DNA of 64,000 nt. Source: an uncultured Acidobacteriota bacterium. Its GTDB lineage: Bacteria; Acidobacteriota; Thermoanaerobaculia; Multivoradales; UBA5704. The DNA lies in assembly GCA_963700145.1 (NCBI GenBank), contig OY969474.1, positions 4,644,916-4,708,915 of the forward strand, read 5' to 3'. The position numbers were made by a program, and so were the translations under genes. Below are positions 8,788-18,632 of this stretch, piece after piece (within the stretch, counting starts at the first letter, position 1; each line of letters opens with the position of its first letter). The notes beneath the pieces are model-generated. The model saw only the letters and a list, made by a program, of their open reading frames with translations, searched no databases and was not told the DNA's origin.

Positions 8788-9954
8788 CTACGCTGGCTTG
8801 AGAAACCGAGCCCCCAAGCCACCGAAAACCACTCCGAAGCCGAGGAGCACCGCGGCCGGCAGGACAACCGCTTCGATCCCCCGCCCGAAGCTGATCAGGG
8901 CGTGGAAGGCGTCCATGGCCCAGGCGGTGGGGAAGACGTGGGCGGCGCGCCAGAGCCAGCGGGGCATGAGCTCGCTCGGCCACCAGCAGCCGCCGAGGGC
9001 GGCCATCACCATGCTGGCGATCCAGCCGACGGCGGAGGCCTGCTCCGGGGTGCGGAAGACGGCGCCGCAGAAGGTGGCGAGGCCGGCGACGCAGAAGGCG
9101 TAGGCGGCGAGGAGGAGGGCGAGGCCGCCGGGCGACCGCCCGAAGTCCAGGCCGAAGAGGAAGCGGCCGGCGGCGAGGAGCACGGCGACCTGGAGCGCCG
9201 CCAGGATCAGCCTCCCGGCGAGCTTCCCGAGGACGAGCGCCGGGCGCGAGAGCGGCAGGCTCACCTGCCGCCGCAGCATCCCCTCGCGCCGCTCGATCGT
9301 CAGGAAGACGCCGCCGTAGATGACGGTCATCATGAGGACCATCATCGTCAGGATGCCGGGGACGCTCTGCGCCATGCCGGCGGGGACCGGCCGGCCGTGC
9401 CCCGCCGTCGAGACGGCGACCGAGACCAACCGCGGCCGCGCCGCCAGGCGGGCCAGCTCCGCCTTGGCGGCGGCGGGGGTCGCCTGCGGCGGGAGCTTGC
9501 CCGCCGCGTTCATCTCGACCAGCAGGCCCAAGGTGCGGGTAACGGCGCGCATCAGGTTGACGTCGGCGGCACGCGAGAAGTCGCGATCGGCCTTCTCGTC
9601 GCGCTCGATGCGCAGCGTCTGCGGCTCGCCGGCGAGGACCTTGGCGGTGAAACCCGCGGGGATCGTGAGGGTGCGGACCTTCTCCTCGGCCGCCGCCGGC
9701 GCGGCGGGGGCGACCTCGCGCAGCGCGACGCTCTCGTCGGCGAGCTGCGCAACGAGAGCGCGGGCCAGGAAGCCGCCGTCGCGGTCCACGACGGTCAGGG
9801 TGACCTTCGGCGGCCCTGCATCGCCGCCGCCGCCGCCGACCTGGCCGAAGAACCACATCAGCGCCACCGGAAAGACGAGCATCCAGAGGAACGACGCCCG
9901 CTCCCGCATCGTCAGCCGGAGGTCGTTGAGCGCTAGGCGGAGAACGTTCCTCAC
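8788..9954 (-). CDS. ABC-2 type transporter permease
   Basis: Polytopic membrane protein with ABC-2 family architecture. A 4-bp overlap with the upstream permease gene suggests an operon. Confidence 0.75.
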   Translation of the reverse strand: MRNVLRLALNDLRLTMRERASFLWMLVFPVALMWFFGQVGGGGGDAGPPKVTLTVVDRDGGFLARALVAQLADESVALREVAPAAPAAAEEKVRTLTIPAGFTAKVLAGEPQTLRIERDEKADRDFSRAADVNLMRAVTRTLGLLVEMNAAGKLPPQATPAAAKAELARLAARPRLVSVAVSTAGHGRPVPAGMAQSVPGILTMMVLMMTVIYGGVFLTIERREGMLRRQVSLPLSRPALVLGKLAGRLILAALQVAVLLAAGRFLFGLDFGRSPGGLALLLAAYAFCVAGLATFCGAVFRTPEQASAVGWIASMVMAALGGCWWPSELMPRWLWRAAHVFPTAWAMDAFHALISFGRGIEAVVLPAAVLLGFGVVFGGLGARFLKPA

Positions 9955-11213
9955 GCCAACGCCCCGCGCCGCGCCGCGCGGTGGAGCAGGAAGCCGCCGA
10001 GCGCCAGGAGGGCGGCGCCGAGGCCGGCGAGGACCGCGATGTTGGGGAGGACGTCGCGCAGGGTGCCCGCCGACTCGATGAGCGTCCGGTACCCGGTCGT
10101 CCCCCAGTAGAAGGGCGACACCGGCGACACGGCGCGCACCGCCCGCGGCAGCCCCTCGAGGTTGACGAAGCTGCCGCCCGCCATCGCCAGGACGAGGTAG
10201 AGGATCGAGCCGATGGTGGCGCCGCGGCGCTCGTTGAGCGCCAGCCCGTAGATCGTCGCCGAGGTGCCGGTCACCGCCAGGACGAGCGCCAGGGAGAGCA
10301 GGAGGAAGCCCGCCGGGTCCACCCCCCGCCGCAGCACCACCGCCCCGACGGCCGCGAGCACGCCGAGCGCGATGAGCGCGAGGACCGCCGTGTAGAGCGC
10401 CTTGCCGAGCACCAGCGTGCCGCCGCCGATCGGCCCCGCGAGCTGCCGCCGCAGCGTGCCCGCCGTCGACTCGGCGATGATGTCGCGCATCGCCAGGTCG
10501 CCGACCAGGAAGAGCGCGTAGACCGAGATCCCGGGCAGGATGACGAGGAAGATCAGCGAGACCTCGGAGCCGGAGTCCTCGCCCGCCGGCTGCGGCTGGA
10601 GCGACGCGGTGTCGAAGGCGATGACCGGCGGCGAGAGGACGGCCGCGGCGCCCTCGAAGGCGCGGCGCACGGCGAGCGCGACGGCGACCGTCGTCTCCTC
10701 CGTGGGCGGCTCCGCGCCGGGCCGCGCCGAGGAGGCGATCCGCTCGAGCGGCCCGCGCAGGACGCGCGAGCCGGCGTCGAGGACGTCGGCCAGCACGCGC
10801 GCGAGCTGCTCGGCGATCTCCGGTAGGATCCCCTGTGCCGGGTTGCGGACCACGGCGAGTTGCACCGGTTTGCCGTCGAGGAGGTTTTGGGTGAAACCCT
10901 TCGGGATGCGGAGGAGGGCCGAGGCCTCGCCCTTCTCCATCCGCGCGGCGCCCTCGGTCCCCACGACCTCGACCTCGACCAGCTCGGCCAGCCGCTCCGA
11001 CTGCAGGGCGGAGAGCAGGGCGTCCGCCGCGATGCCGCCGTCGCGGTCCTCGACCAGCAGATGGGCTTGCGGCGTGCGGTCGCCCCGCGCGCCGAAGGAG
11101 AGGGCGATCAGGAACGCGAAGACCACCGGGAAGCTGAGCACGATGAGCAGCCCGAGCGGCGACCGGGCCTTGCGCCGCAGGTCCTTCCCGACCAGCAGCA
11201 GGAGGGTGCGCAT
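9951..11213 (-). CDS. ABC-2 type transporter permease (second subunit)
   Basis: Real start MRTLLLLVGKDLRRK overlaps the ATPase stop (TGATG). The track ORF 9951..14207 is an overextended frame. Hydrophobic C-terminal six-helix region. Confidence 0.75.
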   Translation of the reverse strand: MRTLLLLVGKDLRRKARSPLGLLIVLSFPVVFAFLIALSFGARGDRTPQAHLLVEDRDGGIAADALLSALQSERLAELVEVEVVGTEGAARMEKGEASALLRIPKGFTQNLLDGKPVQLAVVRNPAQGILPEIAEQLARVLADVLDAGSRVLRGPLERIASSARPGAEPPTEETTVAVALAVRRAFEGAAAVLSPPVIAFDTASLQPQPAGEDSGSEVSLIFLVILPGISVYALFLVGDLAMRDIIAESTAGTLRRQLAGPIGGGTLVLGKALYTAVLALIALGVLAAVGAVVLRRGVDPAGFLLLSLALVLAVTGTSATIYGLALNERRGATIGSILYLVLAMAGGSFVNLEGLPRAVRAVSPVSPFYWGTTGYRTLIESAGTLRDVLPNIAVLAGLGAALLALGGFLLHRAARRGALA

Positions 11214-12151
11214 CAGTCGCGCAGCTCCCTCCCGGTGAGGTCGAGGAAGACGCTGTTGAGGCTCGGCGGCTGGATCTCGACGCCGTCGAGGTCGAGCCCC
11301 GAGGCGAGCACGCCGGCGAGGGCGTCGAGGGCGGCCTTGCCGGCGCCGGCGACGGAGAGGACGATCTTGCCCGGCGTCGCGGCGACGACCTGGACGCCGG
11401 GCAGCGCCGCCAGCTTGGCGCGCGCCTCCTCGACCTCGAAGCCGCCGGAGACGGTCAAGATCTCCTTCTCGCCGACGCGGCGCTTCAGCTCGTCCACCGT
11501 CCCCTCGGCCAGGATGCGGCCGTGGTCGATGATCGCCACGCGGTCGCACAGCGTCTCGGCCTCCTCGAGGTAGTGGGTGGTGTAGACGACGGTCGTGCCG
11601 GCAGCCGCGACGGCGCGCACGGCCTCGAGGATGTTGGCTCGGGCCTGCGGGTCGATCCCCACGGTCGGCTCGTCCATGAGCACGGCGCGCGGCCCGTGGA
11701 CGAGGCCGAGCGCCAAGTTGAGCCGGCGCTTCATGCCGCCGGAGTAGGTGCGGACCTGGTCCTTGGCGCGGCCGGTGAGGCCGACCTGCTCGAGGACGCG
11801 CTCGACGGCGCGGTCGCGGTCGGCGCCGGCGAGGCCGTAGAGCCCGGCCCAGAAGCTGAGGTTCTCGCGCGCCGAGAGGGTGTCGTAGAGCGCCGTCTCC
11901 TGGGGGACGACGCCGAGCTGCGCCTTGACGCGGATCGGGTCGGAGGCGAGCTCGACGCCGTCGAAGAAGACGCGCCCCTCGTCCGGCTCGAGCAGGCCCG
12001 AGAGGATCGACATGGTCGTCGTCTTGCCAGCGCCGTTGGGCCCCAGGAGCCCGTACAGCTCCCCCTTGCGCACCTCGAAGGAGACCCCGTCCACCGCCCG
12101 CAGGTCGCCGTAGCGCTTGACCAGCCCTTCGACCCTGAACACGCGGGCCAT
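11213..12151 (-). CDS. ABC transporter ATP-binding protein (ABC-2 / DrrA-like)
   Basis: Walker A GPNGAGKTT, Q-loop, signature YSGGMKRRL, Walker B LMDEPTVGID and H-loop. Start MARVFRVEG at 12151. Confidence 0.9.
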   Translation of the reverse strand: MARVFRVEGLVKRYGDLRAVDGVSFEVRKGELYGLLGPNGAGKTTTMSILSGLLEPDEGRVFFDGVELASDPIRVKAQLGVVPQETALYDTLSARENLSFWAGLYGLAGADRDRAVERVLEQVGLTGRAKDQVRTYSGGMKRRLNLALGLVHGPRAVLMDEPTVGIDPQARANILEAVRAVAAAGTTVVYTTHYLEEAETLCDRVAIIDHGRILAEGTVDELKRRVGEKEILTVSGGFEVEEARAKLAALPGVQVVAATPGKIVLSVAGAGKAALDALAGVLASGLDLDGVEIQPPSLNSVFLDLTGRELRD

Positions 12152-12194
12152 TATGGCGCGACTCCCTGCTCGCTCGTTCGCGCACTCTTCTTTT

Positions 12195-14519
12195 ATGATG
12201 CGATCCCTCCCTCTCGCCCTCATGACCATGCTGCCGCTCGCGGCAGTCCCCGTTCCCGCCGCCGCCCAGCCGCAGCCCGAGGTCGGCATCCAGGTGCGCT
12301 TCGACGTCTCGCCGCCGCTCGCCGAGATCCCGCCCGTCGTCCCCAAGCCGGGGCCGAACCGGGAGGTCCCGAACCTGCGCTACGACCGCCCCTCCCGCCC
12401 GGCGGCCCCGGGAGGCGATCCGCTGCTCGCCTCGTCCCAGGCCTTCGGTCCCTCCACGCCGAGCACGCCCGCGCCCATCCACAACCTCGAAGGCATGTCC
12501 GCCGACGACAACTTCGCGCTCCTCGCCATGCGCTTCGCGCCCGCGGACCCGGTGGGGGACGTCGGGCCGACGCACTACGTCCAGGCGGTGAACCTGCTGC
12601 TCTCGGTGCACCTGAAGAGCACCGGCGCGCGGATCTTCGGGCCGGTGGCGCTCAAGACCCTGTGGTCCGGCTTCGGCGGCCTCTGCGAGAGCCAGAACGA
12701 CGGCGACCCGATCGTGCTCTACGACGACGCCGCCGACCGCTGGGTGATCAGCCAGTTCGCGATCGATTCGAGCTTCTCCGGCCACCAGTGCATCGCCGTC
12801 TCGACCACCGGCAACCCCACCGGCTCCTACCACCGCTACGACTTCGCGATGACCCCCGGCTTCCTCAACGACTACCCCAAGATCGCCGTCTGGCCGGACG
12901 GCTACTACATGAGCGTCAACGAGTTCGACGACCTGGGCTACTTCTACGGCGTGACGGTGGTCGCGTTCGAGCGCGCGCCGATGTTGGCCGGCGCCTCGGC
13001 CCAGATGGTCCTGTTCCATCCCTACCCCTGCGGCATGTTCAACCCCCCCGTGCCCGAGTGCCCGTTCAGCCTGCAGCCGGCGCACTGGGAGGGCGGGACG
13101 CCGCCCCCCGGCGGGACGCCCAACCCCTTCCTCATGGCCTGGGACGACGAGGTCAACGGCACCGGCGCCAACCCGGACGGCTACCGCCTCTACGACTTCG
13201 CGGTCAACTGGGCGACTCCGGCAAGCTCCACCTTCACCGCCCGGCCGCACGTCACGTCCCCGGAGCTCGACCGCCAGATCGTCGACGTGCCGCAGCCCGG
13301 GTCCGGCGAGGACCTCGACGCGCTGGCCGACTACACGATGTACCGCCTGCAGTACCGCAGCTTCGGCGGCTACGAGGCCCTGGTGACCAACCACACGGTC
13401 GACGTCAACGGCGCGGACCTCGCCGGCATCCGCTGGGCGGAGCTGCGCCGCAGCGGCGGCGGCGGCTGGACCCTGCACCAGACCGGCACCCACGCGCCGG
13501 CCGACGGCCTCCACCGCTGGAACGGCAGCATCGCGATGGACGGCTTCGGGCACATCGCCCTCGGCTACAACGTGGTCTCGTCGTCGAAGCACGCCTCGAT
13601 CCGCTACGTCAGCCGGGCGGCGGCCGATCCGCTCGGCACCCTGCCCGGCGGCGAGATCGAGCTGGTCGCCGGCTCGGGCGTGCAGCGGGACTCGGGCAAC
13701 CGCTGGGGGGACTACGCGGCGCTGAGCGTCGACCCGGCCGACGACTGCACCTTCTGGCTCACCCAGGAGTACCTGACCGACACCGGCCAGTACGACTGGA
13801 AGACCCGCATCGGCGCCTTCGACCTGTGCGGCGCCGGCTGCACGCCGACGGAGAGCCCGGAGGTGAGCTGCGCCGACGGCCTCGACAACGACTGCGACGG
13901 CCTGACCGACGCGGCCGACCCCGACTGCGGCGGCCCGCCGCCGCCCACCACCACCACCTTCACCTCGGTGGCGGCCGACGACGGCTACGTCCTCGAGTCG
14001 GGCGAGAACACCAACGTCGGCGGCTCGAACAAGAGCAACGACAGCGGCACCAGCGCCCTCCGCGCCGGCGACAACCAGCAGGACCGGCAGTACCGCAGCG
14101 TCCTCTCGTTCGACACCGCGCCGATCCCGGACGGCGCCACGGTCCAGACCGTGACCCTGCGCGTGCGGCGCGGGTCGCTGACCGGCACCAGTCCCTTCAC
14201 CACCCACGGCAGCCTGACCGCGGACGTCCGCACCGGCGGCTTCAACGGCAACGCCGCCCTGGAGAACGCCGACTTCCAGGCCGCGGCGACCGCGACGGCC
14301 GTCTGCACGCTGTCCAACGCCCCGGCCAACGGCGACTGGTCGGAGTGCACACTCGACGCCGCCGGCCTCGCGGCCGTCAACAAGACCGGCAAGACCCAGG
14401 TCCGCATCCGCTTCACGACTGACGACAACGACGACACCGGCAACGACTACCTGGGCTATTACTCGGGCGACAACGGGACCGCGGCGAACCGGCCGCAGCT
14501 GGTGGTGACGTACCAGTAG
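12195..14519 (+). CDS. Secreted hypothetical protein (signal peptide) with a cysteine-rich DNDCDG-type putative metal-binding motif
   Basis: Signal peptide MMRSLPLALMTMLPLAAVPVPAAAQ. CADGLDNDCDGLTDAADPDC motif. About 774 aa with no enzymatic motif recognised. Confidence 0.6.
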   Translation: MMRSLPLALMTMLPLAAVPVPAAAQPQPEVGIQVRFDVSPPLAEIPPVVPKPGPNREVPNLRYDRPSRPAAPGGDPLLASSQAFGPSTPSTPAPIHNLEGMSADDNFALLAMRFAPADPVGDVGPTHYVQAVNLLLSVHLKSTGARIFGPVALKTLWSGFGGLCESQNDGDPIVLYDDAADRWVISQFAIDSSFSGHQCIAVSTTGNPTGSYHRYDFAMTPGFLNDYPKIAVWPDGYYMSVNEFDDLGYFYGVTVVAFERAPMLAGASAQMVLFHPYPCGMFNPPVPECPFSLQPAHWEGGTPPPGGTPNPFLMAWDDEVNGTGANPDGYRLYDFAVNWATPASSTFTARPHVTSPELDRQIVDVPQPGSGEDLDALADYTMYRLQYRSFGGYEALVTNHTVDVNGADLAGIRWAELRRSGGGGWTLHQTGTHAPADGLHRWNGSIAMDGFGHIALGYNVVSSSKHASIRYVSRAAADPLGTLPGGEIELVAGSGVQRDSGNRWGDYAALSVDPADDCTFWLTQEYLTDTGQYDWKTRIGAFDLCGAGCTPTESPEVSCADGLDNDCDGLTDAADPDCGGPPPPTTTTFTSVAADDGYVLESGENTNVGGSNKSNDSGTSALRAGDNQQDRQYRSVLSFDTAPIPDGATVQTVTLRVRRGSLTGTSPFTTHGSLTADVRTGGFNGNAALENADFQAAATATAVCTLSNAPANGDWSECTLDAAGLAAVNKTGKTQVRIRFTTDDNDDTGNDYLGYYSGDNGTAANRPQLVVTYQ

Positions 14520-14590
14520 CCGCCGGGCCGGGGCGCGGTTTGACCGCTCCGCCCGCGGCGGAGTAGTTTCTGCGGCCGACTCTCCCGGTC

Positions 14591-16621
14591 ATGCCGAGCA
14601 GCGCCTCTCTCGCGGTCAGCCTCGCCCTGCTCGCGGCCCCGCTGGCCGCGGCGCCGCGCCCGGTCACCGTCGCCGACCTGATGGCGCTGCGCTCCATCCT
14701 CGAGGTGCGGATCTCGCCCGACGGCCGGCAGGTGGCCTACGTCGTCTCTACGCCCTCCTTCGAGAAGGCCGAGCACGAGGCGGCGCTCTGGCTGGTGCCG
14801 GCGGCCGGCGGCGCGCCGGTGCGGCTGACCTGGGGCACCCGCATCTTCAACAAGCCGCGCCCCGTGCCGCGCCTGCGCTGGTCGCCGGACGGCACCCGCC
14901 TCTCCTTCCTCGCCTTCGCCGGCGAGCAGCCGCAGGTCTTCGCCCTCGACGTGCGCGGCGGCGAGGCCCGGGCCTTGACCGCCAGCCCGCAGGGGGTCGG
15001 CGACTACGCCTGGTCGCCCGACGGCGCGCACCTCGCCTACCTGGCCCAGGACCCGCCCTCGGCCGAGGAGGAGAAGCGGCGCAAGGAGAGGTCGTTCGTC
15101 GTCGAGGTGGACCGCCAGGACCGCCCGCCGCGGCTCTGGGTGCAGGACCTCGCCGGCGGCGCCGCGCGGGCGCTGAGCCCGCAGGAGCACTTCGTGGCCG
15201 GCCTCGACTGGTCGCCCGACGGCGCCAGCGTCGCCTACGCCGCTTCGCTGCAGCCCGGCTTCGTGGGGCAGTTCCACACCCGGATCTACGCCGTCCCCGC
15301 CGCCGGCGGCGCGCCGCGCGTCGTCGTCGACCGCGACGGCATGAACACCTCGCCGCAGTGGTCGCCCGACGGCCGCTGGCTCGCCTTCGTCTCCACCGAC
15401 GGCCGGCCGGAGATGGTCTCGGCCTGGGGGCTGCACCTGGCGCCGGCCGCGGGCGGCGACCCGCGGCGCATCCGCAACCTGACGCCCGACGGCTGGGTGG
15501 CCGAATTCGCCTGGGCGCCGGACAGCGGCTCGCTCCTCGCCGTGACCGCCATGAGCCCGTCGCAGCGCGGGGCGCGCATGTTCGAGCAGCCGCTCCTGCG
15601 CCTCTGGCTCGACGGGCGCCGCGAGGAGCTGGACCCCGGGCCCTACGTCCACTTCGCGCCGTCGCTCAGCCGCGACGGGCGGCGGCTCGCCTTCCGGTCG
15701 GTCGAGGCGCTCACCATGGGCGACGTCTTCGTCCTCGACCTCGACGCCCGGGGCGGCGGCGGCCGGCCGCGGCGCCTGACCGAGGTCAACCCGGAGCTCG
15801 CGGAGCTGGCGCTGGGGAAGCTCGAGCCGATCCGCTGGACCTCATCCGCCGGCGGCATGGAGATCTGGGGGCTGCTGCTCATGCCGCCCGGCGCGGCGCC
15901 CGGGCGCCGCCTGCCGCTGGTGGTCTACGTCCACGGCGGGCCGATGGGCGGCTTCACCTACGGCGTCTTCCCGCAGTTCATCCACGCGGTGGGACAGGTC
16001 GAGCCCTACGCGGTGCAGGCGATGGCCAGCGCCGGCATGGCGGTCCTGATGCCGATGCCGCGCGGCGGCGCGGGGTACGGCGAGGCCGGCTTCCACATGA
16101 TCAAGAACGCCTGGGGCGAGGACGACTACCGGGACATCCTGAGCGGCGTCGATCACCTGGTGAAGCAGGGGATCGCCGATCCCGACCGCCTGGGCGTCAT
16201 GGGCGCCTCCTACGGCGGCTACATGACCAACTGGATCGTCACCCAGACCGACCGCTTCAAGGCGGCCTCGGCGATGTGCGGCATCAGCGACATCACCGAC
16301 CTCTACTACCTCTCGGACGCCGGCGAGGTCACGCGCGAGTACTTCGGCCTGCCCTGGGAGGCGCCGGCGGCCTACGCCGAGCACTCGGCCCTGACCTACG
16401 TCTCCCGGGTGACGACGCCGCTCCTCATCCAGCACGGCGAGAACGACCGCCGCGTGCCGATCGCCGGCAGCACCAAGCTTTACCGGGCGCTCCGCGACCA
16501 GGGGAAGGTCGTCGAGATGGAGATCTACCCGCGCGGCGGGCACGTCATCTACGAGCCCGCGCTCGAGCAGGAGATCATGCGCCGCAACCTCGAATGGTTT
16601 CGGAGGTGGCTGAAGCCCTGA
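14591..16621 (+). CDS. S9 family serine peptidase (prolyl oligopeptidase/acylaminoacyl-peptidase type) with N-terminal beta-propeller; secreted
   Basis: Signal peptide. Repeated WSPDG propeller blades. C-terminal alpha/beta hydrolase with the GASYGGYMT nucleophile motif. Confidence 0.85.
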   Translation: MPSSASLAVSLALLAAPLAAAPRPVTVADLMALRSILEVRISPDGRQVAYVVSTPSFEKAEHEAALWLVPAAGGAPVRLTWGTRIFNKPRPVPRLRWSPDGTRLSFLAFAGEQPQVFALDVRGGEARALTASPQGVGDYAWSPDGAHLAYLAQDPPSAEEEKRRKERSFVVEVDRQDRPPRLWVQDLAGGAARALSPQEHFVAGLDWSPDGASVAYAASLQPGFVGQFHTRIYAVPAAGGAPRVVVDRDGMNTSPQWSPDGRWLAFVSTDGRPEMVSAWGLHLAPAAGGDPRRIRNLTPDGWVAEFAWAPDSGSLLAVTAMSPSQRGARMFEQPLLRLWLDGRREELDPGPYVHFAPSLSRDGRRLAFRSVEALTMGDVFVLDLDARGGGGRPRRLTEVNPELAELALGKLEPIRWTSSAGGMEIWGLLLMPPGAAPGRRLPLVVYVHGGPMGGFTYGVFPQFIHAVGQVEPYAVQAMASAGMAVLMPMPRGGAGYGEAGFHMIKNAWGEDDYRDILSGVDHLVKQGIADPDRLGVMGASYGGYMTNWIVTQTDRFKAASAMCGISDITDLYYLSDAGEVTREYFGLPWEAPAAYAEHSALTYVSRVTTPLLIQHGENDRRVPIAGSTKLYRALRDQGKVVEMEIYPRGGHVIYEPALEQEIMRRNLEWFRRWLKP

Positions 16622-16624
16622 GGC

Positions 16625-17410
16625 TCAGGGCAGGCCGCGGACGTAGCCGCCGTCGACCGGGATCGCCTGGCCGGTGACGAAGGAAGCCGCCGGGGAGCAG
16701 AGGAAGGCGACCACTTCGCCGATCTCCTCCGGCTCGCCGAGGCGGCCGATCGGGGCGCTGGCCGCCCAGGCGGCGATGAGCTCCTCGGCGGGGCGGCCGG
16801 TGCGTTGCGAGGTGGCCGCCGCCAGCTCCTGCTGGCGCTCGGTGCGGGTGTGGCCGGGGAGGACGGCGTTGACCGTCACCCCCTCCGCCGCCACTTCCTG
16901 CGACAACGTCTTGAGGTAGCCGAGGACCGCCGGGCGGAGGGCGTTCGAGAGGGCGAGGTTGGGGATCGGCTGGCGCGCCGAGACCGAGTTGATCGCCACG
17001 ATGCGGCCCCAGCGCCGGGCGCGCATGCCGGGCAAGACGAGGTTGCAGAGGCGCGGCACGAAAAGGAGGGTGAGCGGGATGGCCGCCTGCCAGTCCTCGT
17101 CGGTCAGCTCGAGCGCCGGCTTCGCCGTCGGCCCGCCGCCGTTGGCGACCAGGACGTCCACCCCGCCGGCGGCGCGCTCGGCCTCGGCGACGAGGCGCGC
17201 CAGCGCCTCGGGGTCGCGAACGTCGGCGGGGACGGCGAAGACCTCGCCACCCTCGCCGGCCAGCTCCTCCCGCGCCCGCTCCAGGTGCTCCCCGCCGCGG
17301 CTGGCGACCACCAGCCGCGCCCCCCGCCGCGCCAGCGCCCGCGCGCAAGCGAACCCCAGCCCGCGCGAGGCCCCGGTCACCAGCGCCGTCTTGCCGGTGA
17401 GGTCGGTCAG
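16625..17410 (-). CDS. SDR family oxidoreductase (3-oxoacyl-ACP reductase-like)
   Basis: TGASRGLG Rossmann motif, NNAG-equivalent, and YxxxK catalytic region. The start is anomalous: the conserved [12 protein letters not shown] strand lies upstream of the first ATG or GTG, and only a CTG at 17410 is in frame. Confidence 0.7.
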   Translation of the reverse strand: MTDLTGKTALVTGASRGLGFACARALARRGARLVVASRGGEHLERAREELAGEGGEVFAVPADVRDPEALARLVAEAERAAGGVDVLVANGGGPTAKPALELTDEDWQAAIPLTLLFVPRLCNLVLPGMRARRWGRIVAINSVSARQPIPNLALSNALRPAVLGYLKTLSQEVAAEGVTVNAVLPGHTRTERQQELAAATSQRTGRPAEELIAAWAASAPIGRLGEPEEIGEVVAFLCSPAASFVTGQAIPVDGGYVRGLP

Positions 17411-17529
17411 GGCAGGAGCTTCCGCCGCAGGTCCTCCCTTTTGGCGCGCCGGTCATGCCATGTGACGAAGACCGTGAACAGGAGGGCAGACAGCGCGACC
17501 CCGCCGAGCATGAAGTAAAGGGGTTCCAT
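17407..17529 (-). CDS. Possible small membrane ORF (40 aa, [24 protein letters not shown]...); may instead be a frameshifted N-terminal anchor of the SDR gene
   Basis: ATG start with one predicted transmembrane helix. Its stop overlaps the SDR CTG (CTGA). Low confidence. Confidence 0.25.
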   Translation of the reverse strand: MEPLYFMLGGVALSALLFTVFVTWHDRRAKREDLRRKLLP

Positions 17530-17745
17530 CAGCTTGCTCCTTCCGCAGAGTACAGCAACCAGGCTGCCATACCGAAAAGGGCCAACCAGATTGCGAAGCC
17601 CACTAGGGCGAGCCGCCAGTCGAAGCCGCCGGCGCCGAAGAACTGCGCCACCACCAGGCCGCCCAGGACCAGGTTGCCCGTGTCCATGAGCTTCTCGGCC
17701 AGCGGCGGGCGCAGCGTGTTGAACGAGCCGCGGCGGCCCCCATTT

Positions 17746-18624
17746 TCACCCGATCCTCTCTCCATGCTCGTTATAGACGTAAACGCCGCGTCCAACTTTG
17801 CGCCCCAGCCGCCCGGCGCGGACGTGCTGGACGAGGAGGTTGCTCGGGCGGTAGGCCTCGCCGAGGGTCTTGTGCAGGAACTCCAGGATCGAAAGGCGCA
17901 CGTCGAGGCCGACGAGGTCCACCATCTCGAACGGGCCCATCGGGTGGTTCAAGCCGAGCTTGAGCGCCTTGTCGATGTCCTCGGCGCTCGCCACCCCCTC
18001 CTGCAGCATGCGGAAGGCTTCGTTGCCGATCAGGGCGTTGATGCGCGAGGTCACGAACCCCGGCGCCTCGTTGACCAGCACGACCTCCTTGCCCATCCGC
18101 TCGCCGACGGCGCGCATGGCCGCGAGCGTCTCCTCCGAGGTCTGGAGCCCGCGCACCAGCTCGATCAGCCGCATCAAGTGCACCGGGTTGAAGAAGTGCA
18201 TGCCGGCGAAGCGCTCGGGGCGGCCGGAGGCGGCGGCCATCTCCGTCACCGACAGGGCTGAGGTGTTGGTGGCGAAGAGCGCCTCCGCCGGCGCGTGCCG
18301 CGCCACCTCGCGGAAGGTCTCGACCTTGAGCGCGATGTCCTCGGGCACGGCCTCGATGACCAGGTCCGCGCCGGTCACCGCCTCGCCGAGGTCGGTGTGG
18401 GTCGAGATCGCCCCCCTCGCCCGCTCGGCGACGTCGGCGTCGAGCTTCTTCAGCTCCACCCCCTTCGCCAGGTTCTTCTCGATCGACGCCCGCGCCTTCT
18501 CCAGCACGGCCTCGGCGACGTCGAAGAGCCGCGTCCCGTACCCCGCCACCGCCGCCACGTGCGCGATCCCGCGCCCCATGGTGCCCGCCCCCAGCGCCGC
18601 GACGGTGCGGATCTCCGGGTTCAT
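17746..18624 (-). CDS. 3-hydroxyacyl-CoA / 3-hydroxybutyryl-CoA dehydrogenase
   Basis: N-terminal GAGTMGRGIA Rossmann motif. FNPVHLMRLIELV and GFVTSRINALI match the HBD family. RBS GAGGAAGAA before ATG 18624. The track ORF 17746..19878 is overextended. Confidence 0.85.
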   Translation of the reverse strand: MNPEIRTVAALGAGTMGRGIAHVAAVAGYGTRLFDVAEAVLEKARASIEKNLAKGVELKKLDADVAERARGAISTHTDLGEAVTGADLVIEAVPEDIALKVETFREVARHAPAEALFATNTSALSVTEMAAASGRPERFAGMHFFNPVHLMRLIELVRGLQTSEETLAAMRAVGERMGKEVVLVNEAPGFVTSRINALIGNEAFRMLQEGVASAEDIDKALKLGLNHPMGPFEMVDLVGLDVRLSILEFLHKTLGEAYRPSNLLVQHVRAGRLGRKVGRGVYVYNEHGERIG

Positions 18625-18632
18625 TTCTTCCT

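Noticed and set aside
8765-9856. 363-aa minus-strand ORF
   Set aside because: Alternative frame of the ABC-2 permease gene. Arg/Pro-rich.
11522-14422. 966-aa plus-strand ORF; also the track's 1418-aa (9951..14207) and 800-aa (12117..14519) extents
   Set aside because: These are overextended or alternative frames. The real genes are the permease (9951..11213), the ATPase (11213..12151) and the secreted protein starting at ATG 12195 with a signal peptide.
14422-14600. Searched the intergenic regions for tRNA or rRNA genes
   Set aside because: No cloverleaf-like conserved tRNA elements (GTTC-RANYC T-loop with a suitable acceptor stem) or rRNA-like stretches were recognised by eye. tRNAscan or cmscan would be needed to be sure.
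17529-17795. 88-aa minus-strand ORF (possible 2-transmembrane peptide from MDTGNLVLGG)
   Set aside because: No conservation signal can be assessed. It lies in a region of overlapping spurious ORFs. It is left uncalled, but a real small membrane protein cannot be excluded.
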